DNA of 58,938 nucleotides, filler included, from Dugesia japonica (Eukaryota): NCBI GenBank assembly GCA_001938525.1. It is 6 parts of 6 records of this genome, joined end to end, with 100 filler letters (N's around TTAATTAATTAA, not from the genome) between each part and the next. Parts side by side here need not be neighbours in the genome. Positions count along the whole stretch, not along the records: positions 1 to 8,202 come from MQRL01574910.1; positions 8,303 to 16,836 come from MQRL01542382.1; 4 more parts are not named here. One strand, 5' to 3'. Shown piece by piece: positions 1 to 12,285 of this stretch (position 1 is its first letter; each line of letters starts with the position of its first letter). The notes under the pieces were generated by a model. It saw only the letters and a program-made list of their open reading frames with translations, ran no database searches and was not told where the DNA came from. The position numbers and the translations under genes were made by a program.

Positions 1-259
1 AAATCAAAACGGGTAGGAGTACAATGCAACACATGATTATTTATAATTAAACTTATTAAAACTAGGATTTTCTATTTTAAAAACTGTAGAGGGGCATCCA
101 CATGATAATGAGCAGTCATATTTAATTTCAAATACACTAAAAAAAGAAATATAAATATTATTTGATTAGAAAAAGAATGTTGGCAATTTAGCCGAAATAG
201 GGTACAAGTTAAAAATAAAAGACAGTTAACCAATGATTTGGTAAGCAAAATTATGGACC

Positions 260-1020
260 TTTGAAAACCAATTTAGTTGACCTGAAAAAGTGGTGCATTG
301 ACAATAATAAATTACCATATTTTGATGACACTGCATTTGTATTTTCATATTATGTTCACCATGAAAGAGAATCTAGTGAAGAAAATGAAGTGATTCATAA
401 TAATACCATCTACAAACTTGTTTGGAATGGTATGTCTGTCATGTTGATGGGTACAACATATGAGTCGTCATTTCGATCCATTCGAATGGCAGCATGTTCA
501 CTCGAGAAGAAAGATTTTATGTTCTTTATTTGATCAATTATTTTTGGCGCAAAAAATTATTAATGTAAAAATAGATATAAATGTTTTAGTGTCTGATGTT
601 AGTAATACAATCAAAGATTCTTTCACACATGTTTTGGCATTGATAAAATTTTAATCATATGTTGGACACATACAAGGTGTGTTGTTACAAAGAAAATAGA
701 ATTGTTGATGAACATTTAATTCCATTAAACGAAAATTTAATTATATTGAAAAATGATTGAAATCGAAGTGGGAGTCATTTGATGATTATAAAAACAAGGC
801 CTTCAAGTTTTGGGTTGTAGCATTACAACATACATTAAACGATGTCAGCAATTCTACCTGTTTAAATCCAGAATTTATGATAAAATATCTATGCAAACAC
901 GTAATAGGATTAAGTATAAGATTTTAATATATTAAATCCCTGTTGCTGCCAAACAAATCTGCATTGGAGAGAATCGTCGAAAAGGACGACCAAAAATTGC
1001 AACTCGTGTCTTTTAAATAG
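260..1020 (+). mobile_element. Degenerate MULE/Mutator transposase with C-terminal SWIM zinc finger
   Basis: TIYKLVWNGMSVMLMGTT...F.SIRMAACSLE resembles the MULE core (DATYKL.W.G.PV..GTTD..F). At ~841-1020, STCLNPEFMIKYLCKHVIGLSIR...PVAAKQICIGENRRKGRPKIA gives the SWIM and RRxGRP tail. Multiple stops and frameshifts. Confidence 0.8.
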
Positions 1021-1707
1021 ATTAGTTATGTTGTATTTCAATGTGTAAGTTGAAGTATTTCTATATTTGCTTAATAAAANNNNNNNNNNNNNNNNTTTTT
1101 TATTGAACAAAAACCAGAATAAAAAGAAAATTAAATACAGAAAAGTAAAGATTGTGTTGGGCTAGAACACGAGAGCCCATATAAGGTATTGCAAACGGGG
1201 GGAAATTTTCAGAGTGAAATAAAGTAAATCAAATAACTAATTATTATTAATATTATGAAATTATTATACAAATTCGTGAAAATAAAAATTGGGTGTGAAG
1301 AACCCCTAATTTGAAAAGAAAAAATGATTTTTGATAGAAGAAAGTGATGAGATCGATAATAAAAACAATGTAAAATGTTATGATAATGTATTAAGAGTCT
1401 TTACGACGCTATTTCTTAATTATAAATAACGCTAATTAGCGTTTAAAATTAATATTATCATTTAATTAATCTGGTTTAGGCTCTAATATCGTACAATTTT
1501 CTGGTTTTCCAAATACCGATTCACTTGGATAACCAAACAGTAAACAAAAAGTCATCCATTTGACGACACCAATTTGGAAAATCCAAATTCGCTGTCAATC
1601 AAGTTATACAGAACACCTGAGAGACGTCATATTGTTCGTCATATTATGAGTGGCATTACTCATTTACCACTTGAAAAATGAAATGATGAAATGACTTCAT
1701 ATGAGAA

Positions 1708-2010
1708 ATTAAACGAGGGATACTGTAAAAATTTATGTGATGAAAACTGACAAATCAAACGATGAATGCGGTGAAAAACTTTGTGACTGTAATGGGTGGA
1801 TTAAACAAAATAAATTGTGAAAAATTTTGTGCTTAAAATTGAGAAAGTATACGAAGCATTTCTGTGAAAAATTATGCGGTTAAAATGAAAGTGGAACGAA
1901 GATTTTCTGTGAAAGTTATACTCTGGATAACGGGAGATTAAACGAAGAAAACTGTGGAAAATCAGACGATTAAAAATGAGAGACTAAACGAATAATACTG
2001 TGATATAGTA
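1708..2010. repeat. Degenerate 46-bp tandem repeat, about 7 copies
   Basis: Unit starts at 1708, 1754, 1800, 1846, 1891, 1937 and 1983; shared core attAAACGA-n6-CTGTGAAAA. Confidence 0.8.
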
Positions 2011-2259
2011 GGTAGTTCAATCGGACATTTGAAACTGACAAAAGTATGAGGGAAGTTTAGCGCCAAGTGGTAAAGCGAAATCTGAAAAATCATGAAAAGA
2101 CTGGAGAGCTTCAAATTTTTATTTTTTCTATTTTCTTTGAGTTACAAATACAGTATTTGGAATTAATTTGTTCTTATTTTTTTATTTGAAATTTTTGACA
2201 AAGTAGCAATTATAAATAAATAATAACTAGCGAATTTCATTACTTTTTCATTAACTTAC

Positions 2260-3180
2260 TAGGAACGACGATTTACATCAAACTTTGCAAAGTAAAAATT
2301 GATCAAGAGAAATATTTTTAAAATTATTTTGTGAGACACATTTATTTTAATGAGTCAAGGCTTGAAATGGAGTTGCTTATTAATATCCAATAGTAACATT
2401 AACTTATAATTTTAACTGATTCAAATTCAGGAATTATTAAGGAAATTTTTGCTAGAGCTTCGTAATAACAGGGACGAGGAAATATGATTGCAACTGGTGT
2501 TATAGAAGTTGGGACGAAGACCAACCAGATTTATACATTTAAATTGTAGCAGTAAAAATATTAAGCGTTAGGTAAATTATTGTCCTTTAACATCAATCAA
2601 GAGCAAGACGCGATATCGCCAAGTCGCGCTAGACCAGTGGAATGAGGGCCATGTCACAGAGGTGACACAAACGCTTGGGGTTTCTAGGTATGCTTCTAGA
2701 TTGATAAAATTTTCAAAATAAATGTGGATGATATTTAAATATAGGAAGCTAATTAAAACATAAAAATCCTAGAAACCCAACAATAGTTATACATTTTGTA
2801 TGCAAATACTCTCAGTTTTTAGAAAGAGAGAAGGAAAAAACAAAAGAAAGTAAAAAAACTAACACTCAAATCTTTCAGAACCCAACAAAATATAATACTT
2901 GATAATAATTATAAATGTAATTTTTAATAATTAAATAATTAAATTTAACCAATTAAAATTTAGTAAAAATAAATTTATCCAAAGAAAATTATTATAATAA
3001 GAATAAATATTGAATATATTAAAAAGTCAATTCCTGAAGACGACTAAGTCGAAATATCGAATTGTTATCAAATATCAATAAAAAAATTTTGATCGAACCT
3101 TATATCTTAACTGAATTCTGTAAAACGATCTATGGTTATGTCCAACAATTATTCTCGCAATAATTGCAATTATAAAATGA
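2260..3180 (+). mobile_element. Penelope-like element remnant (family A): decayed RT traces plus pLTR
   Basis: Weak RT-like traces (FKINVDDI near 2715-2740). The 3020-3180 segment carries a hammerhead and recurs (reverse complement) at ~42845-42945, ~49408-49485, ~53230-53310 and ~53528-53690. Confidence 0.6.
3028..3064 (+). ncRNA. Minimal type I hammerhead ribozyme (PLE family A)
   Basis: caattc-CTGAAGA-c-GAC taa GTC-GAAA-ta-TC-gaattg. Perfect 6-bp stem I, 3-bp stem II, palindromic ATAT stem III, AUC cleavage triplet. Confidence 0.85.
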
Positions 3181-4323
3181 TTAGATCATTAATAATGAAA
3201 TACCGAATTTTCTGAAGTCCAATATTTGACAGCCGATATTTTTAATATTTGATCTTGACAATTATTTGTTTTTATTTGACTATATAGATACGTCATTACT
3301 ATTTTAAGCACACATTTTAATTTCCAATTGTATGATGAATTCATTTTTAGATGAACTTTTCAGAAACAAAACATATGTAGAAAAATTCGTATTATTTTCG
3401 AATGAGTTGTGTTGTTGAACCAATGCAAGTCAAACAATTTAAATATAAATATTTCAAGGTTTTTTAAAAAATGAAGTTATGAATGAAGTGGGGCCAAAAA
3501 ATTGAATATACATTTCTCAAAGGGCATTTGTTGTAAAATGTTTGTTTCTCAATATAAAGGGTACTGGCGCACTACTACAGCTGATGAGTTATCTCTTCCT
3601 GTCTTTGTAATTATAATCCGATTGTTGTAAATTTGGTATTGTTAGAACGTAAATAAAATGGTTAATAAGACTGAAAAAAAGACTATTAAAAAAAATTTCG
3701 ACAAATATTTTAATCGATAATTATCAAAACCGTTTCAAAAACCACTGTACAGAGAAATTTTTTCATAATATTATTTAATATTTTGATGTTGTTAAAGTCG
3801 CTATCAAAAGCTATAGAATATTTAAAAGAATATTTTTAAAATAACAATTTCTTCCTTTGAAAAAGACATTTAAAAAGAATTGAAAAGATTGAAAATTGGT
3901 TTTTCATATTGTTTCTTTTCATAATTATATATTATATATTTTATAATTACTATATCATACGATTTATTATATCATGATTTTGAAATAAATATTTGTTGTT
4001 CAATAAATCTTGTAATAAAAATTTGTTATTTATTAAATCTGGTAAATAATTTGTTATTACTTTGGTTAATTAAACGTTACTCATTCTCTCATGGTGATCT
4101 GAAAATATAAAAGATATTTCTGTAGACAACATGAGACACAGAACAACCAAAAATATATAAAATCATGGTGTGTTGCAAATGCACAATAGTTTTTTTTTGC
4201 CTGTGATTGTTATTTCTTACTACAAGATCATTTTCATTAAAGACTCAAAAGGTGTTTTTTCACGGTTTTAAAAGATTTTAAAATCTCTTCTTTTAATAAC
4301 GAAAATTACATTAGGATAAAACA

Positions 4324-5989
4324 TTATGTTATACAACGTATTATTTTTTGATTTATTATTTGCTTAATTTTTGTTGGAATGGCACTGGTAGGAAACGATA
4401 CGGAAATACTTCTAGCCAGGATGATTACCTTTTGCTGCAATATTTCAGAGATTGCAACTTCGCAATCATCAACATATATTGAAAAATTCGACAGCATTAC
4501 AACTTCTTGGAAGAATTCCAGTTCAGGATGTTCAAAATCTTTTCCTTGTGTGAAATAAGTACTGAGGATATGTTTTGCAAAACTAATGGCTATGCAATGG
4601 TCCAAAATAAGAAATTTAAAATGACGCATGCTCCTTCGGTACTTTGATTATGTAGGTGGCATACATTAATGGAGTTAGCTTGTGTTGGTCCACAATGACA
4701 GAATCATGATCAGGAAGCCGAGTTTCATGTTCCATGCCCATGGAAATTGTTGCCTGTTTATTTACTGCAGCAATGTCAAATTGCAATTTGGCTTTATCAT
4801 CTACAAAAAGAACGAAGATTACTGATGGTTCAAACAAGGCGTTATTACGATATTATTATTACGTTATTACAGAGACGATTTGCTAAGCCAAAATTAAGTT
4901 ATTCAATGTGCAACATTTATTGAGAATTTCAGTACGTCGCTTTATGTCTTCTTCAGCACCGTGAGTTACAAACGCGATTATGGCATTATGTAAATCAGAC
5001 TGGGTTTCTTTCAGTAATGTACTGTCAGTTCTATCTCGTGTAAATCTTTTCAGTTATGCAGTTGAATTGGGAAGGTCTTTCAAACCTACTTTTAGCTCAG
5101 CTAGTCATCTTTTTTCTCTCTACATCTTCTTGTAATATTATTAATTGCCGTTCATTTTTAATTAAGCATTTTTTTGTTTTCTTCAGTTGAACAAGATTAT
5201 CATTTGTTGCAATCCAGATTATTTTAGATCATGGAGTTTCAGTATTAGACCTTTTTGCTTTTTGATTTCTCAGATTTACAATTGCAACTCCAACAGTTTT
5301 ATTTGATAGGCATATTGACTGCTTTTTTAATTTTTTCAATTTTTCATTTCCATCTCGTTGTTGCTTTTCTTTCTTGATGCATTGATATGCTGATCAGTAA
5401 AATTTGTAAAATGTTTGATATTCATTTATGGGTATTTGTAGCAATTAAAACAATATTACTATAACAGCAAACAATGTTGTAATAATACAAAAATAGCTAA
5501 AAAAAACTTCACTATTGTCCAGACAGTTCATATATGTAGGTCACTGCTGCAGATTTTTGGGTTCAAACTTCTAAGACATAATGTAAATGTAACTATAGTA
5601 GGCTTACCACAAGCTTTTATAGTATGTACAATTTCTAATGCTGCAGCAAAAACTCGAATAGATAATATTGGGTTATCATTTTAATAAAGGGGACTTTGGG
5701 TTAAAGGCTGCAACCTTACTAAGAGGGATGTTGGGTATTACATAAATCTTTAACAGAAAATATTACTTAAACAATAAAAAAGAATGTATGGTAATTATAA
5801 TTTCTTGCAAATGCAGATGGCAAAGTAAATAGTGTTCTGAAAATTTATATGTAGATTTTAATAAAAGTGTAAACTGTAACTGATTGGATATCTTTTAAGC
5901 ATTTAGCACCATCTCGATATTGTCCACATATATTCCTTTTGCGAAACCTCCTTCAACCTTCTTAAGGGACGTCCTTAATGGATGCTCCC
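4324..5989 (-). mobile_element. Degenerate Zator-like DNA transposon (5' TIR plus truncated transposase)
   Basis: Minus-strand peptides VDDKAKLQFDIAAVNKQA..RLPDHDSVIVDQHKLTPLMYA and IAISFAKH..ST.FTQGKDFE...YVDD match the DDKAKVPIG/LPDHD/HKL.PSVY motif set I associate with Zator. The minus-strand terminus GGGAGCATCCATTAAGGACGTCC (5989-5967) is flanked by TTA. Confidence 0.65.
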
Positions 5990-6748
5990 TTAATAAGAAT
6001 GACATCGTTCAGGTCGCAATCAATTTTGATATTTTTTTGAATCTTGCTTTTGATTTAAGTAATCAGTTTTTTCGGATTATTACACATGCGCTTATTAATT
6101 CTCTTTTTAAAATTATCTTCAGATTTAGCATATAAGATGTTGTTNNNNNNNNNNNNNNNNNNNTTCTCCAACTCTGAACTACACTCGGAACTCAAAATTG
6201 TGTACTTTTGTCATAGATAGATATATATGTACATTTGTAGCAGACTTAATTGAATAACATAGTTTTGTGTATAATGAATTAATAGTAATGTTTTCGCCTT
6301 TGATCCTGGACCGATTGGATGTTATGCTTCTACTTGGAGATCTTCAGTTAATTTTAAATTTCTGCATTTTCAATCAAATTATGAAACACAACGAGTAACT
6401 GTATACTCAATCTTCTTAGATTACATTTATTGTAAGCTGCTTCTTTATATTTCCCTGTAAATTGACCATGATCACGAACAAGTTCAATTATATCTTAATT
6501 ATATAAAAAGCATATTGATGATTTAGCGAATGTGATTTGTTTTTCTTATGTAATAATTATTTTCTTTTATATTTCTTTCATATAATACGAGTAAAATATA
6601 TTATTACTGATTTCCTTCACTGCCTTTAAAAACTCATACAAAGTAATCTCCAATAAACTGGCTGTATCGTTAATAAAATTGTTTACCAACAAAAACATAT
6701 TACATCACCATTTTGTTTATCACATGGTGTCGGTTCCCAAGGGAAGGG

Positions 6749-6785
6749 AGTAGTAGGTGTGGTAGTGTACCACTATCTACCTACT
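6749..6785. repeat. Short inverted-repeat remnant resembling the Polinton-like termini
   Basis: agtagtaggtgtggta-gtg-taccactatctacctact. The right end is a 15/16 match to ccactatctatctact at 52367-52382. Confidence 0.4.
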
Positions 6786-7097
6786 ATAATAATCCAAAAA
6801 TATTGATTAAAAATCCGACATTTCATGTTTAATGACTTAATATATAATAAATAAATCAAAACAGCAAAAAAGTAATTTTGATTTTTATCATTGATCAATT
6901 AACTAAATTAAAAATAATACTGCATTCATGAAAATTTATTAAATTATTAAATAACTTCTGTAAATTAAAAATTATTAAATAACTTCTGTAAATTATAAAT
7001 CATAAACCTTTTGAAAGTCAAATAACTTAAATCGAAATACTAGTGAAAATAATTCAAAATAAAACAGATAATTCTAAAATGAGTTATTAAATTCGAA

Positions 7098-7179
7098 ATT
7101 TGCATAAATTTCATTGGTGGTTTTTTTTATAACTTTACTATTGGTTAGATTTAATTATAAAAACCGTTTTCATATAAAA
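7098..7179 (+). promoter_or_regulatory. Putative Pol II promoter of the 7202 ORF
   Basis: Octamer ATTTGCAT at 7098-7105, inverted CCAAT (ATTGG) at 7113 and 7140, TATAAAA at 7156 and 7173, ATG at 7202. Confidence 0.4.
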
Positions 7180-7201
7180 TTGAATAATAAAAATATTGAA
7201 A

Positions 7202-7573
7202 ATGAATCAGTTATTTACAATATTAGTAATTATACAATTTTCAATGAATGTTTTCTCAATGGAACTTTCTCCTGAAAATTACAAAAAAGGAATAACTACA
7301 TTATTACATGCTGGTTTATTTCCAATGAAATTGGATGAACTGTGTTTTGATATTAATATTATTTGCCATAATGAAGTGTTTGAAAAATTTCAATATTATC
7401 CTGATCCCATGGGTTGTTTTCAGGTTACATGCATTTCAAGAAAACCAGTCTATCAAGAATTTATGAAATTGTATTGTTCTCTAATTGAAATAAATAAAAA
7501 ATTAAGAGAACAACGCTGTGAACATCAGCGACGTGCTGTAGTTTTAGATTGGTATAAACGTCACAATGCTTAA
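7202..7573 (+). CDS. Putative secreted small cysteine-containing protein (123 aa), orphan
   Basis: First ATG at 7202. Hydrophobic signal-like N-terminus MNQLFTILVIIQFSMNVFS, six Cys, intact frame, upstream TATA/CCAAT, AATAAA at 7594. Confidence 0.6.
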   Translation: MNQLFTILVIIQFSMNVFSMELSPENYKKGITTLLHAGLFPMKLDELCFDINIICHNEVFEKFQYYPDPMGCFQVTCISRKPVYQEFMKLYCSLIEINKKLREQRCEHQRRAVVLDWYKRHNA

Positions 7574-8202
7574 CTGAAAATTGTTTTTCATCAAATAAAA
7601 GAGAACGATTTAGACGTTTGTGTTTAATTTTAAATTTTGAAATCCAATTGAATATATAGTAAACGTTTAGCTATTTATTTTTTTATTAAAATTGTTATTA
7701 ATATTTTCTTAAACATTAATGTAAAATTATGCAGTGATTTATTATTGAAAAATTTACCATAATTAAAACTTACTAATTCTTAATAAATACTCATATTCTC
7801 TTCAGTTAGTTTTATTCTATTGTAATAAGACTTTTCTTTTCATTTAGAAATTAAATAAATAATTATATTTTTGAATGATGAATATTTAAAAATTCAGGAG
7901 TATATGAAGCCCTCAAATTTTAGTGAAAAAAATCATCAAAACGTTTTCTTGGTTTAATCCAGTTAACAGAGTTTTTGAGATAAATTTGGAACGACGCTGA
8001 TGAGGCGCTTCTGTTCGATCTCGACGATGAAAGACTGCCTGCTACAGAATAATTATTGTAATTGATTAAGCAATAAACTTCTAGTTTCCTTGAGTCTCTT
8101 CTTTTAAATAAGTAAAATAATAGGGGGGAAATGATAATGAATCGGAACTAAAGGAATACGAGTCATCGACTGTGTCCTGAAAATCTAGTTTAGGGACACT
8201 AC

Positions 8203-8302
8203 NNNNNNNNNNNNNNNNNNNNNNNNNNNNNNNNNNNNNNNNNNNNTTAATTAATTAANNNNNNNNNNNNNNNNNNNNNNNNNNNNNNNNNNNNNNNNNN
8301 NN
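8203..8302. other. Artificial contig linker N44-TTAATTAATTAA-N44
   Basis: Identical 100-nt structure at five places; the 12-mer has stops in all six frames. Confidence 0.97.
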
Positions 8303-8306
8303 ATAA

Positions 8307-8341
<35 letters not shown>

Positions 8342-8376
8342 ATAATAATAATAATAATAATATTAATAATAATAAT
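8303..8376. repeat. (AAT)n microsatellite at contig start
   Basis: Seen directly. Confidence 0.9.
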
Positions 8377-8970
8377 TGTTGGGGGATGATGAATTCTCAA
8401 TCACATTGTATAGGGAAGGTTAATAATTATTTTATAATGTAACAATTTAATTATTACTAAGTAATAAATCATATACTGGGAGAGTAACTATCGGATAGTA
8501 ATTAAATTTATTATTTAATTTATAACACTTGACAATTAAAAGACTAAATGGAATATTTAAATATTTATAAATATAAATATAAATATTTATAATTTTATAC
8601 ATTACTAATATGTAAAAATAATCAACTAAAATATCATTAATGAAAAAACGTCGCTTAAACGTAAATTTATCCTAATAAGATAATCTGGAACTGGACAATA
8701 TAACAATAAAGAATTAGTATTAATTCTTACCTATTAAATTTATTCTTAAACTTTTATTCTTATTTATTCTTAAACTCGATTTCTCGCTATAAACGGTAAT
8801 TTATTACTGCATAATTTTAAGAATAATTAAACAATCCATATTTGAAATTGGTATTATTATTATTAATGTTTCTTCAAAACTTTTATAATAATCAAAACAA
8901 TAATAGATAATAGTGGTTACATAAGGTTGTAATAATAAATAAACTTCAACTATGAATATTATACCATTTC

Positions 8971-10341
8971 TACTTCTATTTCAAGTCAATTTCAACAATT
9001 TTCGAAATAAAATCAACATTTTCCAAAACAATTTCAACATTATAAAATCGATTTCGACAATATTCAAATCTTAATTGGGGTAAGTCTTATTTTTATCATA
9101 ATTTTGCAAAAATATTTTAAATTCATATTTAGTAAAATACTTAAATTCCAGCATGAGTTATCTACTATATATCGTTTAAAGTGCATTCAACGAGGATCAA
9201 TCTTTTGAAAATGAGAAGTTGCAAAACGAAGAGGTATAGACAAGAATACGATAAAATTTCAAATGTAAAAGGCATGACTTCAAAAGAGGCGGCTGAAATC
9301 AATGAAATTAATTACAACACAACTCGTACAACTATTCGTAACTATGCTGTGGATGAGACTTTCGATAAGAAGCCGAAAAGTGACAGCAAAGAAATGTTCT
9401 TACTCGGGAAATAATATATAAGATAGAAAACCTTGTAACTTATAATAGTTATTATAATAATAAAGGAAAGTCTAGAAGATGACGAGGAAAACTTTACAAT
9501 ATCAATATCTACTATTCATAATTGCTTACAAGATTTAAAAGTAACTCTCAAATTAACTCATCGCGAGTTGGATATTACAATATGAAAAGAATATTCTATT
9601 TAGTTCAATAATTCTTTTAACATAAATTATGATAAGACTGTTTTTATCAATGAATCCTCTTTTAATCTACACTTGAAGCGCTCACAAGAAAGATTAAGAT
9701 CGGGAACTCGGCCCATAGTTACAGTTCCTACTGTTAGAGGACGTTCAATTTCTTTAATCGCAAGTATTACCATTCAAGGCTTACAATATAGCAAAACCCT
9801 ATCAAATTCCTCGGGTAGCTATCTTTACAATGAAGAAAATAAGAGAAAAATGTGCTTGATACTAGACAATTCAAGAATACAAAGACGGGTTGATATCGAA
9901 AGAACTGTAGCAGTGTTTGGTTGTAAATATAAATTTCTATCTCCTTATTCATATATGTTAAACCCAATTGAGAATGCTTTTTCGAAGATAAAAAATAGAT
10001 TTAGACTAAATCTTGACGAAGGCTACTTCAGACTATTAATTATAAATATTATAAATTGAGCTGCGGAACTCCGATATATCCACTAATAAAACCTTAATGA
10101 GTATTTACGTAAATTAACTACAAAATTTAGTTTTTTGGTAAAAATTTGAAACAATATCAACTAAAGATATTGTACAAGTAAATTTTTATAAAATGTTTTC
10201 AACTTATTGAAATTTAGATGTTTAAATTAAATTGTAAAATGTTTAAAATGACCTGTGAAATGTTTAAATTGATTTATAAAATGTTGAACAATTAATTACA
10301 AAATGTTGAATTTATATTGCAAAAATGTTGGAATAGATGTA
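8971..10341 (+). mobile_element. Degenerate Tc1/IS630-like (DDE_3) transposon with TIRs
   Basis: HTH-like KEAAEINEINYNTTRTTIRNY; VFINESSFNL; LILDNSRI; FLSPYSYMLNPIENAFSKIK. Ends read TActtctatt / aatagatgTA, with ~21-bp subterminal TTCAACATTTT repeats mirrored at 8990-9065 and 10190-10330. Confidence 0.85.
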
Positions 10342-12285
10342 AAAATTGTATATAAAAGAAAAAAGTTGTTTAATACTTAAAAGAAAATCTTATTAACCTA
10401 TCAACTAATTTATTCAAAAGTTTTATATGACATGGAAATGACTGAGAGATTTCTTTGAAGTATAGCATGTAGCAATCAAAATAAGTACATAGTACTAAAA
10501 TTAGAATTACAAATCTCAAAATGATTATTAAACGCAAGTAAAGAACCGAAAGAACTTATTAAGTTATCTTAACGCAAAACAACAAACGCAACTGTAATTG
10601 AAACGAAAACACGTACATTATACGAAAAATAGTTAAATTAATAGAAACCTGAGTATAATGTTATTAATTTCATAGACTTCAGTTTCTAATAAAAAGAATA
10701 ATCATTTTGTCTAGAAAATAGGAATCGATAGTTTTATACATAAACTATTATTTTACAAACAAAAAATCCAATTTAAAATGGATAAACATCAAATGATATA
10801 ACATAAATAAAAAATAAATTATTGTAATTATGAAAATAAGACAGCATCTAAAAGATATGATAAAAGAAGGATGTGGATTTATTTATATTTCCTTAAAATA
10901 AAGAAAAATCTTTGATCAAAATTGTAAGATGAGTTTTGAGAACTCGGATTATCAACATTAAAATTCAACTCCATTAAATTTATTACAAAAAAAAACTATA
11001 ACTATCATTATTTGTTTAATCAAACAAATTAAAACTTCATGCTCTAATCGGAAATTATTTTTCANAAATTTAAAAATTTAGATTTAAAACTTGATTTAAA
11101 TTAATTTGATAATTTACAGAAAATAATTATTTTTTAATAACAGATCATTTTAAAATTTTTATAAGCTTTTGAACAAAAAAATGATCATTTCTTAATTAAA
11201 TATCCTTTAAAATTTTCACAAAACTTTCATTTCCAAAAATTTTAATTTATTTTATTTTCTTAATTAATTTATGATTTTGATTTTTTTTAAAAAGATTTTT
11301 TATAAATACAATTTTCAACCAAAGCCTGAAAACTTTTAACTCGCTTCTAAACTACTCACAAAAACAAAATGTATTTGTAAAGAAATTTAAATTTTCTAAA
11401 ATTAAAATTTTATTGGTTTATTTAAATTATAATGTTTTTATTTTAAAATTAAATCTTAAAAAATCATTTTAATTGAATTAAAAATCTCTCCAATGTTTTT
11501 AAAAAAAATTAATACTTTAAACTTTTAAAATATTTAAAATATGTATTTTATTAACATTAAAATATTTCAATATTAAAAATTTTAATTATTTAAATTATTG
11601 AAAATCTTTGAAAATTTTAATTATTGAAAATTTTTTTTAATTATTGTAATTATTGAAAATTGTAGAATTTTCTTTTTATTATTGAAAAATATGTATTATT
11701 TTTCCTCTTTAATGAATATTTTTTCATGTTTTTTTCTGTGAAGTGTAAAAATGTAGACTGTTCCTATTTATTTTTATCTTTATATCTTTTATAAGATTTG
11801 CATTTTGTAAAACAATGAATTTCAAATCGTATAATATTTATATATATAATGCGTACAATAAAATATGTTTTCTTTAAATATATTTATGGTTAGATAAATA
11901 ATCATTTGTGATAGCAACAAATATTCATTTAGAAACAAAGGATATAAGCTTGTATCACACTAGTATTAAATCAGTATTTACTGAAAGAATAGATATAGCA
12001 CTCATTGATATATTGTAGAAATATTTTACAAAATGAAGAAAGTCATATTTGCATAATATACTTCTTTATAAAGTATCCAATTAAACAAATACTGTAAATT
12101 GAATTATACAAGTTTCTCGCGAAGGAACGGCAAGCACAAGAACGTAAAAGAACAAGAGTCAGCTATTATAATAAAATAAGAACTACAAATTTCTTCTTTG
12201 TCAAACGAAAGGAATTGACTTTCAAAAATAATAAGTTTTATCAAATGAAATTATATTAAATTCTGAATTTCTCGCATAATTGTTT

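Noticed and set aside
90-105. GGGGCATCCACATG as the partner TIR of the Zator-like element
   Set aside because: Only ~9 nt match, no TWA flank, and it lies within MULE-derived sequence.
1708-2010. CRISPR-like array
   Set aside because: Eukaryotic context, no invariant repeat with unique spacers and no cas genes; it is a diverged tandem repeat.
6718-6750. CA-TGGTGTCGG followed by a purine run as PBS plus PPT of a TRIM
   Set aside because: No flanking direct repeats found.
7995-8035. CTGATGAG...GAAA as a hammerhead
   Set aside because: No stem II closing at GAAA and no stem I complementarity.
8247-8258. Recurrent TTAATTAATTAA palindrome at ~9-kb spacing as a biological signal
   Set aside because: Always centred in exactly 44+44 Ns; it is an assembly linker.
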